Of a stretch of 64,000 nucleotides of DNA, positions 17,655 to 26,514 are shown one piece after another (positions within the stretch are counted from its first letter, which is position 1; each line of letters opens with the position of its first letter). The notes below the pieces were generated by a model, which saw nothing but the letters and a program-made list of their open reading frames with translations, searched no databases and was not told where the DNA came from. The stretch is from Oscillospiraceae bacterium. Lineage in GTDB: Bacteria; Bacillota; Clostridia; Oscillospirales; Oscillospiraceae. The position numbers and the translations under genes were made by a program. The stretch is taken from the NCBI GenBank assembly GCA_017631545.1, contig JAGBTC010000317.1:1588-65587 (forward strand), written 5' to 3'.

Positions 17655-18065
17655 ATGCCCAAATCCAAAAAAGCGAAGCACGGTTCCGGCAAGCCCCACC
17701 AGCCGAAGACCCTGACCTACGACCCGGTTTACACCGACGGTCTCACCGAAAACCTCCGCAACGCCCTGAAAGCGAAGCTGACCCTCAAGGAGTTGATCGA
17801 CCTGGAGCTGCAGCTCCGCAAGGCCGTGGAGCAGACCGCCCGCCGCGCCACCTTCGATACTCACAAAACCACATGGGCGGTGACGCTCCGCGTCCTGCAT
17901 GACCGTTTCGGCTTCGAGGCGGAGGACAAGCGCAAGCTGTACGATTCCTGTTTGGAATACCTGAAAGATATCCGGGACAAAAGAATCACCCTCCAGGAAA
18001 TGCTGGACACCCTTTACAATGAAGATGGTATCTCGCTCTCCTGGTCAGACGAGGAGGATTTATAA
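17655..18065 (+). CDS. Hypothetical phage protein (LHDxFGF)
   Basis: SD, coupling. Confidence 0.85.
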   Translation: MPKSKKAKHGSGKPHQPKTLTYDPVYTDGLTENLRNALKAKLTLKELIDLELQLRKAVEQTARRATFDTHKTTWAVTLRVLHDRFGFEAEDKRKLYDSCLEYLKDIRDKRITLQEMLDTLYNEDGISLSWSDEEDL

Positions 18066-18415
18066 TGGGAGAAATCAGAAACGCAAAAATCGAAAGCGCG
18101 TCGATCACGATGGAAGACCACGGCTGCCTGACCTGGTGGCTGTCTCTCAACGGCGGCGGCTGGGGCGTCAACATCGGCGGCTACTGCATTGGCCACGGCT
18201 ACCTGGGCGCGGACCACTTCGACGGCAGCGCCAAGGGCATGGAAAGTATCGCCCGCGTCATGGACACCGTAGGCGTCTCCCGCTGGGAGGACCTGCCCGG
18301 AAAATATGTCCGCGTCGCAGACGTTGGCTGGGGAAATACCATCGAGAAGTTCGGCAACATCCTGGAAGACAAGTGGTTCGACTGCCGGGAATTTTTCTCG
18401 CAGAAGGAGGTATGA
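18065..18415 (+). CDS. Conserved phage protein (NAKI...EDHG...VGVxxWEDL)
   Basis: TAATG coupling. Confidence 0.85.
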   Translation: MGEIRNAKIESASITMEDHGCLTWWLSLNGGGWGVNIGGYCIGHGYLGADHFDGSAKGMESIARVMDTVGVSRWEDLPGKYVRVADVGWGNTIEKFGNILEDKWFDCREFFSQKEV

Positions 18416-18418
18416 CCC

Positions 18419-18622
18419 ATGATGATAAAACTCAGCACGATGGACAAAGATCCGAAGGAACTGTGGCTGAACACGTCCGCGATTTCCAGCGTTCTTGAAC
18501 CCAGCGGTCAGGAACAGGATATGGGGATCGGCGCGAAAATCTACATCACCGGCGAGGAAAATTCCCCTTGGCTGGTGCGGGAATCCGTTTCTCGCGTGAT
18601 CCATCTCATTGAGGGGGTGTGA
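18419..18622 (+). CDS. Small FlbD-like protein
   Basis: MIKL...WLNxxxI...VRESV. Confidence 0.7.
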   Translation: MMIKLSTMDKDPKELWLNTSAISSVLEPSGQEQDMGIGAKIYITGEENSPWLVRESVSRVIHLIEGV

Positions 18623-18624
18623 CT

Positions 18625-18825
18625 ATGAAGCTCTACGCCTACGGTATGCGTCTTCGCGGCTTCTCCCCCGGCTGCCAGCCGATTGACGGTCTCGTGGAGC
18701 GCGTCGATTCCAACACGGAAAAATACTATGACATCCTGCTTTACAATCACCCCCTGACCGACAAGGAGATTTCCGACTACGACCTCACCTATATCCCCGT
18801 CCTCGACTGGAGAGACAAGGAGTAA
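18625..18825 (+). CDS. DarA C-terminal-like small domain protein
   Basis: YGMRLRGFSPGCQP...YxxPLTxxEIxxYDL pattern. Confidence 0.55.
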   Translation: MKLYAYGMRLRGFSPGCQPIDGLVERVDSNTEKYYDILLYNHPLTDKEISDYDLTYIPVLDWRDKE

Positions 18826-18944
18826 TCCGCACTTCGCCCAACAAAAAATAAATCCGCCGGGGCCGCTTCCATTCCCCCGGCGGATTTGATATCATCACAC
18901 TATAACAAAATCTGAAATTACATACTGATAAGGAGAAACGAAAA

Positions 18945-19304
18945 ATGAACAACGGCTGGATCAGCGTAACGGAAGATATCAAGCCCGAAAGCGGGGAAGA
19001 AGTCCTCGTCCTGTCCTATGCTGGGGATTTCCCCGCGCCGGAGGATCTCTTCGCCGACCCCATGGACCGCGCCTATACTCTCTGCACCTACTTTTACCCC
19101 GGCGATCAGGCGGATCAGGAAGCCCCGCCCCACGTCGGCGCGACGCTGGACGACTGCATGGTTACTGTGACCTTCGATACCGAGGGCTTCTATGTCTACG
19201 AAGTCGGCGCGAAGGGAATCCAGGAGTGGCGCTATATCAAGACCATCAACGAGTCCAAGATGGGCGTCGTCTGCTGGAAGCCCCTTGACTGGCCCCATAC
19301 TTGA
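18945..19304 (+). CDS. DUF551-like protein
   Basis: WISV...P...VLV...VxxWxPL. Confidence 0.75.
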   Translation: MNNGWISVTEDIKPESGEEVLVLSYAGDFPAPEDLFADPMDRAYTLCTYFYPGDQADQEAPPHVGATLDDCMVTVTFDTEGFYVYEVGAKGIQEWRYIKTINESKMGVVCWKPLDWPHT

Positions 19305-19371
19305 TTTCAAACATTCCAACCATACTTCCAATCATCCATAGCGAAAATGAAAAAATGAAAGGAGCAGCGCC

Positions 19372-19590
19372 ATGAAAGTCCGTCCCGTTAAACTTTCTCC
19401 TTCCGAACCCAAAGCACTTCCCCGCAAGATCGTCACCGTCAAGCTCGCCCTTGATCCTATCGACGGGACTTTCGATTCCGACGACCTGATCTCCAATGAT
19501 CTTGAGCAGGAGATATCCTGCTGCTGGCATCTTTTCGATATACTGAGCATCGAAATCCAAGACGAGAAAGGAGAAAACGATGGATTATAA
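19372..19590 (+). CDS. Hypothetical protein
   Basis: AAGGAG SD. Confidence 0.7.
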   Translation: MKVRPVKLSPSEPKALPRKIVTVKLALDPIDGTFDSDDLISNDLEQEISCCWHLFDILSIEIQDEKGENDGL

Positions 19591-20512
19591 CCGCGCCGCC
19601 GCCGCGTTCATCAATTACTGCCGCGCATCCGGGCAGACCGCCGCCACCGTGGAGAACCACGAGCGCAACCTCCGCCTGTTCTCCGAGGCCGTCGCCCTGC
19701 CGGACGCCGACGCCGAGATCACCGTCGCCCATATCGACGAATACAAATCCCTGCTCCACCTCCGGGGGCTGAAGCAGTCCACCGTCCGCGCCTACCTGGA
19801 ATCCCTCTGCCTGTTCTTCGCGTGGGCCACCGAGCGGAAATACTGCGCGGAGAATCCCTGCACCCCCTCCGCCGTGAAGACGAAGGTGCCGCCCCCGGTC
19901 CCGTACAATCACCTTCTCACCCGCGAGGAAATGGCCGCGCTTCTCTCCCCCGTCTGTCCCAAAGGCTGCACGAGGAAGCTCTTCAACCGCAACCACGCCA
20001 TCGTCACCGTGCTTCTCACTTCGGGCCTCAGAAATTCGGAACTCCGGGAGCTGCGCGTCTCCGACCTGATCCCCTCCGAGAATCGGCTGGTCGTCCGCTG
20101 CGGCAAGGGCGGCAAGATGGGCTATGCCCCCTACCCCCCGGCGGCGCAGGAAGCCGTCGCTGCTTGGCTCACCGACCCGCTCAGACCGTCTGCGTTGCCC
20201 TCTGACGCGATTCTTTTCGGGAAAGGTACTGACACCGCCTCGTGGCAGATGTTCTCCCGCACCGAGCTGAGCACGATGGTGGAGCGCTTTACCAAGACGG
20301 TGCTGGGAAAAGAGTCCGGCGTCCGCACCCACGCCCTCCGCCACGCCAACGCCTCCTACCTTTGGGACAGCGGCATGGCTATCGACGACATTCAGTCCGT
20401 ACTCCGGCACTCGGACAGCAAGATCACCATGCGTTACCTTGACCGTCTGCGCCCCACCGCCCCGACGGACCATGCCGCCGACGCTTTCGCCGCCCTCCGC
20501 GCCGCCGTCTGA
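19580..20512 (+). CDS. Tyrosine recombinase (XerC/D-like)
   Basis: TSGLRNSE (R), GKGGK (K), HALRH, LRHS, TMRY (Y); N-terminal core-binding domain. Confidence 0.93.
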   Translation: MDYNRAAAAFINYCRASGQTAATVENHERNLRLFSEAVALPDADAEITVAHIDEYKSLLHLRGLKQSTVRAYLESLCLFFAWATERKYCAENPCTPSAVKTKVPPPVPYNHLLTREEMAALLSPVCPKGCTRKLFNRNHAIVTVLLTSGLRNSELRELRVSDLIPSENRLVVRCGKGGKMGYAPYPPAAQEAVAAWLTDPLRPSALPSDAILFGKGTDTASWQMFSRTELSTMVERFTKTVLGKESGVRTHALRHANASYLWDSGMAIDDIQSVLRHSDSKITMRYLDRLRPTAPTDHAADAFAALRAAV

Positions 20513-20525
20513 AAGGAGCGATTAC

Positions 20526-20993
20526 ATGATCTACCTCATAAAATCCGGAAGCTATTCCGACGTAGAAATCCACGGGTACTTCACCAACGAGGAAGACGCC
20601 TACGAATACTGCGAGCTTGTCAGGCAAAAGTATTTGAAGGGCCCCGATCACCCGTGGAGAACTGAATACTATGTGGAACCCGTCCCCGAAATGCAGGTGG
20701 AGTTTCCGAAGGAACGCCCTAACCTGATCTACGAATACCGGTTTAATTTCACCCGATACTCTGATGCTGTCGGGAAGTGGCAGCTTTCTGAACCTTATCA
20801 CCAGAGACCCCGCGACATATATCCCCAAACAGAGGACCATACTCCCCGCATCTTTCATCGTCGTCGTACCGGTCTCGTAGAGGTTACAGAGACCGTTACC
20901 GTCTACGCCGACTTCTGCAACTACGACCGCGCAAAGAAAATCGCCCAGGATTACTTTGCCCAGCTCCGCGCCGAAGGGAAGATTGAAGACTGA
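20526..20993 (+). CDS. Hypothetical phage protein (GxYSD motif)
   Basis: AAGGAG SD; MIYLIKSGSYSD. Confidence 0.85.
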   Translation: MIYLIKSGSYSDVEIHGYFTNEEDAYEYCELVRQKYLKGPDHPWRTEYYVEPVPEMQVEFPKERPNLIYEYRFNFTRYSDAVGKWQLSEPYHQRPRDIYPQTEDHTPRIFHRRRTGLVEVTETVTVYADFCNYDRAKKIAQDYFAQLRAEGKIED

Positions 20994-21035
20994 CCGCCCA
21001 ACTGTTCGGCTTTTCCGAACAGTTCCCGCCAACGC

Positions 21036-21081
21036 AAAAAGGGACCGGACGCTTCACCGCGCCCGGTCCCTTTTATTTTTT
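21036..21081. terminator. Bidirectional intrinsic terminator between convergent gene blocks
   Basis: AAAAA-gggaccgg...ccggtccc-TTTTATTTTTT. Confidence 0.85.
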
Positions 21082-21127
21082 GCCCTTTATATATAGCTTG
21101 CTACGGGATGAAGCTTCTGCTCCGCCG

Positions 21128-21673
21128 TCAGGCCACCGGGTCGGTCAGCGTGAGATTGACCGTCACCTGAACCGTCGCCGTCTGATAGGGGGCCAGCGCC
21201 ACGGGGGTGCTGAGGACTTCCCTGTAAAGCATCGCCGTGGCATAGGTTCCTCCGTAGTAGCCGAAAGTTCTTACTGAACCGAAAATCGCCCACTCTCTTA
21301 TGGTAATTTCCGAGCCGGTCTGATTCTGTACGCTGATGGTTACGTCTCTGGACATTGAACCGTTTTGGTCGTCGAATACAGGGTTGGAGGTCGCCAAAGT
21401 CAGGTAGGACAGGGAAGAAGGCTGGGCAAGGTTGTAATCCGTTGCTGCCGGTGCCGTATTCCCGGTTCCCAGGCGGATGCTGCACTGAGAGCCGCCACTT
21501 CCCTGGTCTTGGGTGTACATGCCGATTGGCGAAGTCGCCGAAAGCGAGTCGTTGTATTTGTCGGCCACGGTAACTCCGTCCGTATTGGTTATCGTACTAA
21601 GTCCGTTGTGAAGACATCCCATGAGCATGATGTTTCGGAATGCCCGCCAGTTGTTCGTCCATACTCCTGCCAC
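21128..21673 (-). CDS. Virion tail-tip/baseplate accessory protein
   Basis: GTGNTAP..TDY.L and ITIRE motifs; end of late operon. Confidence 0.75.
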   Translation of the reverse strand: MAGVWTNNWRAFRNIMLMGCLHNGLSTITNTDGVTVADKYNDSLSATSPIGMYTQDQGSGGSQCSIRLGTGNTAPAATDYNLAQPSSLSYLTLATSNPVFDDQNGSMSRDVTISVQNQTGSEITIREWAIFGSVRTFGYYGGTYATAMLYREVLSTPVALAPYQTATVQVTVNLTLTDPVA

Positions 21674-21688
21674 GGTCGTATATCCTCC

Positions 21689-22066
21689 TTATTCGTCTAT
21701 GGTGATGATGGCTTCCGCCGAGTAGTTTGCACCCATCGTCTGCGGCGTTTGTGTCGCAGAGTATCTGCGAATCGGTTCCGGTTCCATCACGGCCCCTGCC
21801 AGTATTGCGCCAAGGCCAAGCTGTGCCGGAACGGCAACGACAGCTTCGATTCGTTCTCCGGAAATGTCTATGGAAAAATAGGCTGTGGCGACGGCTCCCC
21901 CGTCTCCCGGCGGCATGTCGGCATAGTAGTGTACCATTTGCCCCGTCTGCATAGTGCTTCCGGCGATGCTGACGATACCGCTTTCTCCGGTGTTTATGAC
22001 GCTGATTCCTTTGAGGGATCGACCTACCGCCACTCCCTGCAAAAAACTGTTCTCGTCGTAAGGCAA
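21689..22066 (-). CDS. Hypothetical tail-associated protein (YDENSFLQGVAVG)
   Basis: GAGGAGG SD, TTG start. Confidence 0.75.
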   Translation of the reverse strand: MPYDENSFLQGVAVGRSLKGISVINTGESGIVSIAGSTMQTGQMVHYYADMPPGDGGAVATAYFSIDISGERIEAVVAVPAQLGLGAILAGAVMEPEPIRRYSATQTPQTMGANYSAEAIITIDE

Positions 22067-22127
22067 GGTATCCCTCCTCTTTCGATGCGCCGTTATCCCA
22101 TGGCTTTCGGACTCCTGACGTTAATTG

Positions 22128-22223
22128 TCAGTCCTCTCTTCCTGCCGCCAGTAGACCCGCCAGCAGCACCCCAGCCGACACGCATACCGGGACTATCCAA
22201 AGCAGATGCCATGCGGATATCAT
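22128..22223 (-). CDS. 31-aa single-TM peptide MISAWHLLWIVPVCVSAGVLLAGLLAAGRED
   Basis: ATGA overlap with 22220 stop; hydrophobic. Confidence 0.6.
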   Translation of the reverse strand: MISAWHLLWIVPVCVSAGVLLAGLLAAGRED

Positions 22224-22459
22224 TCTTCTACGGGTTCGGGATCGGGTTCGGGAACAGCATGGAGGATATACTCCCGACACTCCTCTGCACAGTCCAGTTG
22301 TTCGTCCACGATTTTTACCATAGCTTTTGTAGTGCTTGGGTCATTCCACAGGGCGGCACAGAGCTGATGGTAAGCAATCTTCGCATCTTTAATGTCCGTG
22401 TACCCTTCAGCGTGAACGGCGAAATTCCCGTCCGTGCATTTTACGATTGCGTATTTCAT
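22220..22459 (-). CDS. Small protein downstream of tail fibre
   Basis: GAGG SD. Confidence 0.8.
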   Translation of the reverse strand: MKYAIVKCTDGNFAVHAEGYTDIKDAKIAYHQLCAALWNDPSTTKAMVKIVDEQLDCAEECREYILHAVPEPDPEPVEE

Positions 22460-22479
22460 AACCTCAATTCCTCCTGATA

Positions 22480-25400
22480 TTACGGCAGCGCGATCTTAAT
22501 AGCATTATTGAAATTATAGATATATAAAGTAACCGCATTTGCCGTTGAGTTGCTGATTGTGAGTACATTGTTAGATAAAGAATAGGTTATAGATGCACTT
22601 GTTGCCAGAGGCACGACCGCCGCCGCCGTAACAAATGCAAGGGATGCATGACCAGTGGTGCTTCGAGCCGTTGCGATTAGTCCTGCCGCGAAATATGGAA
22701 CGCTCAACGTGACGCTGCCGTTGGCGGCAATTCCAGAAATTGTAGGTGGCAAATCATTTAGTGCTCCCCCAGGAAGATAATCAAAGTTTGTGCCCTCAGT
22801 AAGGGTTGCACCAGCCGAGATAGCGACTTTTACTCTGGCAGACAATCCGTTTTTCAGGAAATACTCGCCATTGGTATAGGCTCTGCTTGCCGTAGCGCCT
22901 GTTTCGGCATAGGCAAGCTGTTGTTCCGTAGCGAGGGTCTTGTTGGCATAGGTATCGGACGGGTCTGCGGTGGAAGTCTGGCACTTGACGAGTTCTTCTT
23001 CGTAATCCGGGATTTCGTTCAGCACCCACACGCCGTTTTCCTGATGGGCCAGGGTTTGCTCTGTGCCCAACTCCAGCTTGACGGCTACAAAAGTTATTGC
23101 GCCGGAATTAGCGGCAGAACGAAGCCTTGCCTGAATCGTAGACGAAGAAACATAAAGCTGACCAATAACATTTGTGCCATCGGAAACTGATATTTGCCCA
23201 CCGGAGTTATTGAACGTGGATGGAAGAACTCCTGTATTTTTATACAGACCAGTTGTAGTCAGTATGGAATAACAGACACGCTTGCCGAGCAACATACTTG
23301 CGTCGGAGAGGTCTTGCGGACACGCATAAGCAGTCGAAGCATTATTTATAAATTTGAGTCCTTCGGCTACAAGCGACCAAGAGAAATTTGTCCCGGTTGA
23401 CGGCCTCCATCTGTCAAAGGCATAACCAGACGAGTTCCCCGTAATGCCCCTTTGGTTTACTGGAAACACTCCCGGCCCGGTTCCTCCACCGACGAAATAC
23501 CAGTTGTCTATAAGGTTTTTTCCAAGCCCGTACACAGGCACACGGGAAGTATCGCTGGGGTGTACATGGTTCCCCCTAGCCCAGTTTCCTGAATTACCGG
23601 GGCTCGCCGTGCCGTCCATAGCAGGATTTGACGTGTAGGCAGATGGGACGGTAGGTATCACCCCGTTTGCAATATCACTCGCCGGGATGCCGCTGCTGGG
23701 CTTGGTATACTTGCTGTCTGCAAGGTCATAGGCAGATTTGACAGCAGATGGGGTAGCGGCTTTGTCGGTATCTGTGCTGGATGTGCTGGAAGACAGGATC
23801 GTACGTCCGTAGGTGCTCGTAGTTGCAGGAGGCCCATTGACAATGATCCAGTACGGGGTAGAGAAGTTCTGATACTCTATGTCCAGCACCGTACCATGCC
23901 ACCACTCTCCGACAACCACCGTAGCACTGCCGGAATAAGTCCTCAACTGCAACGCTCCCAAATTATTGACATTGAGCGTTACCATCCCCGTGGCCTCCTG
24001 CGCGTAGTCGAACCTTACCCGGATATGCAATCCTGCATAATAGGAAGCCACACCGTCAATGGACACCTCTTTTGCCGCCGTAGTTGCGGCAGTCAAGCAC
24101 CGACCGTAATACACCCCGATATCAGGAGTGGCATAATCCGTCCCGGCTGTTGCGGCACTCACACCGCCCTGACCGTCTCCCTTGAGGATGCCGGATACGT
24201 TGATTTTGTTCTGCTTGCCTGCAAGCCCGGTATAGACCGCCCCGGATTCCACCAGGTCCGTACTCCCGCTGGTTATGCTTCCGGTTGCTGCACGCCACGC
24301 CGCCGTTCCAAGGTCGGAAAACCATTTGGCGATTTTCCCAAAAAGCACCGACAGTTTCTCCCCGGTGCTGATGTTCGCCCGTGTGGAAGCTGCGGTAAAT
24401 GTCGCGGTCACGTCTTTGCCGTCTCCGGTTTTGTCCAGCTTGTCCGCAACGGAGCTGATGATCGCCGCCGTCGCGCCGGAGTTCAGCGCGTCAAGCTGCG
24501 CCTGTGTAAGCGGGGACTCGTTGATCCGGTACTGCGGAGTCCATCCGGTTCCCGTCACATAGATATACCGCCAGCATTCGTCGTTTTGGGTTTCGTCGTC
24601 AAGCACCACCGCATAGTCGTTGTTGCTGACATAGTTGGCGGCGTTTGGATCGGTCGTCTGCCACGCCACCGCCAGCAGCGCAGCCCTCGTCGCAAAGCTC
24701 CCCCGGAAAATCGCCGTACTCTGTGTGATGGAATCGGTAACAAAAGCCTTGTCCGCGAGCTGATTGGATGTGCTGGCTGCGCTGGGGATTTTCCCCTCGA
24801 TTGTATCAATATCCGTCTCGTTGGTGCCGATCTGCGCCACCTGCGCCGCCGTGGGCTTGGCATAGGTGGCGCCGTTGGGGATATCGTCCAGCGTCGCGGT
24901 GCTCGGCATGGCTCCCGCCTGCGCCGCCGTGACATTATGAGGATTGCCGGTGTTCTGCACATGACTGGTCAGCGCAGCCGCGCTGGCGCGGCTGTCGTCC
25001 GTCTGGTGCCTGTGATCTGCTCTGGACGCCTTGACCGACGTTCCGGGGGAGGGAGTGTCACCGTCCATCAGGGGATCGTCGTCCGAAAGCTCTGGCCCGC
25101 CTCCGCCGCCTCCACCGGCAAACAGTTCGTCGATGGCTTCCTGCACGTTGGTGGCCTGTGCGCCGCTGTCGGTGTTGTCGTAGCCTATCTTGTCCGCCGG
25201 AGTCAGAGTGAATTCCGGCCACTGAACATAGGTGTCAAACCCGTCTTCATCTTCGATGGTTACGATGCGCCCGTGCGAGTCCCGCGTAACCGTGTAAGTC
25301 TCGGTTACGTCGTTCTCTGTCTCTATCAGGAAAGTTTCCAGTTCTTCGATGTCGCTGAAATCCAGCAGGCGGACTCTTTCCCCTGCGTCCCCGCTTCCGA

Positions 25401-25716
25401 ATCCGCTCATGTCCGTCCCGCAGAGGACGAAGCTGTTGCTCATTTCCCCCAAAGAAACGACCAAAACCTGATCCCCGCTCCTGGCTTTTCTCGCCAGTGC
25501 GGGGGGGCATTTCAGCGTCATGGAGTTATTGTCGAAGGGACGGACGACCGTCAGGGTCCCGTCCCCGTTGTTGTTTACGACCGTCGCTTTGTAGCCGTCA
25601 AGGGAGTGGTTGAGCAGTTCGTCGATGGCCCGCTGCTTGAAATAGCGTTCCCACATCTGTTTTGCCAGTTCGTGCATAGCTTCCGCTTCGCTCATGGTTT
25701 CGTTTGTCTCCGCCAC
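22480..25716 (-). CDS. Tail fibre / receptor-binding protein
   Basis: Fibre repeat (YG.T.LSS...AATPSAVK.AYD), two HxH fibre motifs, lower-GC distal domains. Confidence 0.88.
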   Translation of the reverse strand: MAETNETMSEAEAMHELAKQMWERYFKQRAIDELLNHSLDGYKATVVNNNGDGTLTVVRPFDNNSMTLKCPPALARKARSGDQVLVVSLGEMSNSFVLCGTDMSGFGSGDAGERVRLLDFSDIEELETFLIETENDVTETYTVTRDSHGRIVTIEDEDGFDTYVQWPEFTLTPADKIGYDNTDSGAQATNVQEAIDELFAGGGGGGGPELSDDDPLMDGDTPSPGTSVKASRADHRHQTDDSRASAAALTSHVQNTGNPHNVTAAQAGAMPSTATLDDIPNGATYAKPTAAQVAQIGTNETDIDTIEGKIPSAASTSNQLADKAFVTDSITQSTAIFRGSFATRAALLAVAWQTTDPNAANYVSNNDYAVVLDDETQNDECWRYIYVTGTGWTPQYRINESPLTQAQLDALNSGATAAIISSVADKLDKTGDGKDVTATFTAASTRANISTGEKLSVLFGKIAKWFSDLGTAAWRAATGSITSGSTDLVESGAVYTGLAGKQNKINVSGILKGDGQGGVSAATAGTDYATPDIGVYYGRCLTAATTAAKEVSIDGVASYYAGLHIRVRFDYAQEATGMVTLNVNNLGALQLRTYSGSATVVVGEWWHGTVLDIEYQNFSTPYWIIVNGPPATTSTYGRTILSSSTSSTDTDKAATPSAVKSAYDLADSKYTKPSSGIPASDIANGVIPTVPSAYTSNPAMDGTASPGNSGNWARGNHVHPSDTSRVPVYGLGKNLIDNWYFVGGGTGPGVFPVNQRGITGNSSGYAFDRWRPSTGTNFSWSLVAEGLKFINNASTAYACPQDLSDASMLLGKRVCYSILTTTGLYKNTGVLPSTFNNSGGQISVSDGTNVIGQLYVSSSTIQARLRSAANSGAITFVAVKLELGTEQTLAHQENGVWVLNEIPDYEEELVKCQTSTADPSDTYANKTLATEQQLAYAETGATASRAYTNGEYFLKNGLSARVKVAISAGATLTEGTNFDYLPGGALNDLPPTISGIAANGSVTLSVPYFAAGLIATARSTTGHASLAFVTAAAVVPLATSASITYSLSNNVLTISNSTANAVTLYIYNFNNAIKIALP

Positions 25717-25813
25717 GCTTCTTGCCCCCTTTCATTTCAAATTCCTCAATTCGGCGGTTGGGGTCCGCTTGCGTGGGTGCGGTCCCCGGCTTTCCTTCGG
25801 CGGTTTCTCTCCG

Positions 25814-26500
25814 TCAGAGCTCGTCGTCCCCCAACTGCAAGAGCATTTTCCGGAATCGCTCCATAACCACGCACAGCTCGGCTCTTGTGACGGGTTTATC
25901 CGGTTGGAAGGACCCGTCCGGATATCCTTTCACAAGACCCTTGCTGAGCCAGAACCGGATGTCCTTCTCAGCCCAATGCCCGGTCACATCGTCCACGGTC
26001 TGGGGCTCCGGCTGATACTGAGGACGGCAGACGGCTACGATCTGAGACGGATAGCGGATCTTCTCTGCCACCATCCCGCCGTTGTCCTGACTCCCGTTTC
26101 CGCTGCTCGTGTTCCCCTCGATCGTCCACACACTGTACGGCATTCCTGTGCTGAGACTCTTAATGTCTGAGATTCCTGTTACCAGCCCACAATGCTCCGT
26201 GTCCTTCGTCCCGTGGAAATTGAGGATAACGATATCTCCCGCCCGCACCTGCTCCACAGGCACCGTAAGGCCCTGTTCCCGATACCACCGAAGGAGCATA
26301 GAGCATGAAGCCGTCTTCCCGCCGCCGAAGAAAGCCATCCGCTCCCCGGCCTTGTCGAACCAATACCAGAGCGATTCCACGCACCAAGGTACGCCGTTCA
26401 TGCCGTAGGCTTCGCCGTATTTGGTCATGTTGCTTCCCGGCGGGTTCTCCGTATATCCAAGGTCGGCTCTGGCGGTCTCTATGACTTTACTCAGGCTCAT
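25814..26500 (-). CDS. Endolysin: CHAP-like catalytic domain + SLH domain
   Basis: PWC...HCGLV..TIEGN; C-terminal GYPDGSFQPDKPVTRAE. Confidence 0.9.
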   Translation of the reverse strand: MSLSKVIETARADLGYTENPPGSNMTKYGEAYGMNGVPWCVESLWYWFDKAGERMAFFGGGKTASCSMLLRWYREQGLTVPVEQVRAGDIVILNFHGTKDTEHCGLVTGISDIKSLSTGMPYSVWTIEGNTSSGNGSQDNGGMVAEKIRYPSQIVAVCRPQYQPEPQTVDDVTGHWAEKDIRFWLSKGLVKGYPDGSFQPDKPVTRAELCVVMERFRKMLLQLGDDEL

Positions 26501-26514
26501 GCAATCACCTCAAA

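Noticed and set aside
18895-18930. Sporulation sigma-like promoter (CTATA-N16-CATACTG)
   Set aside because: Single, imperfect match; not supportable without TSS data
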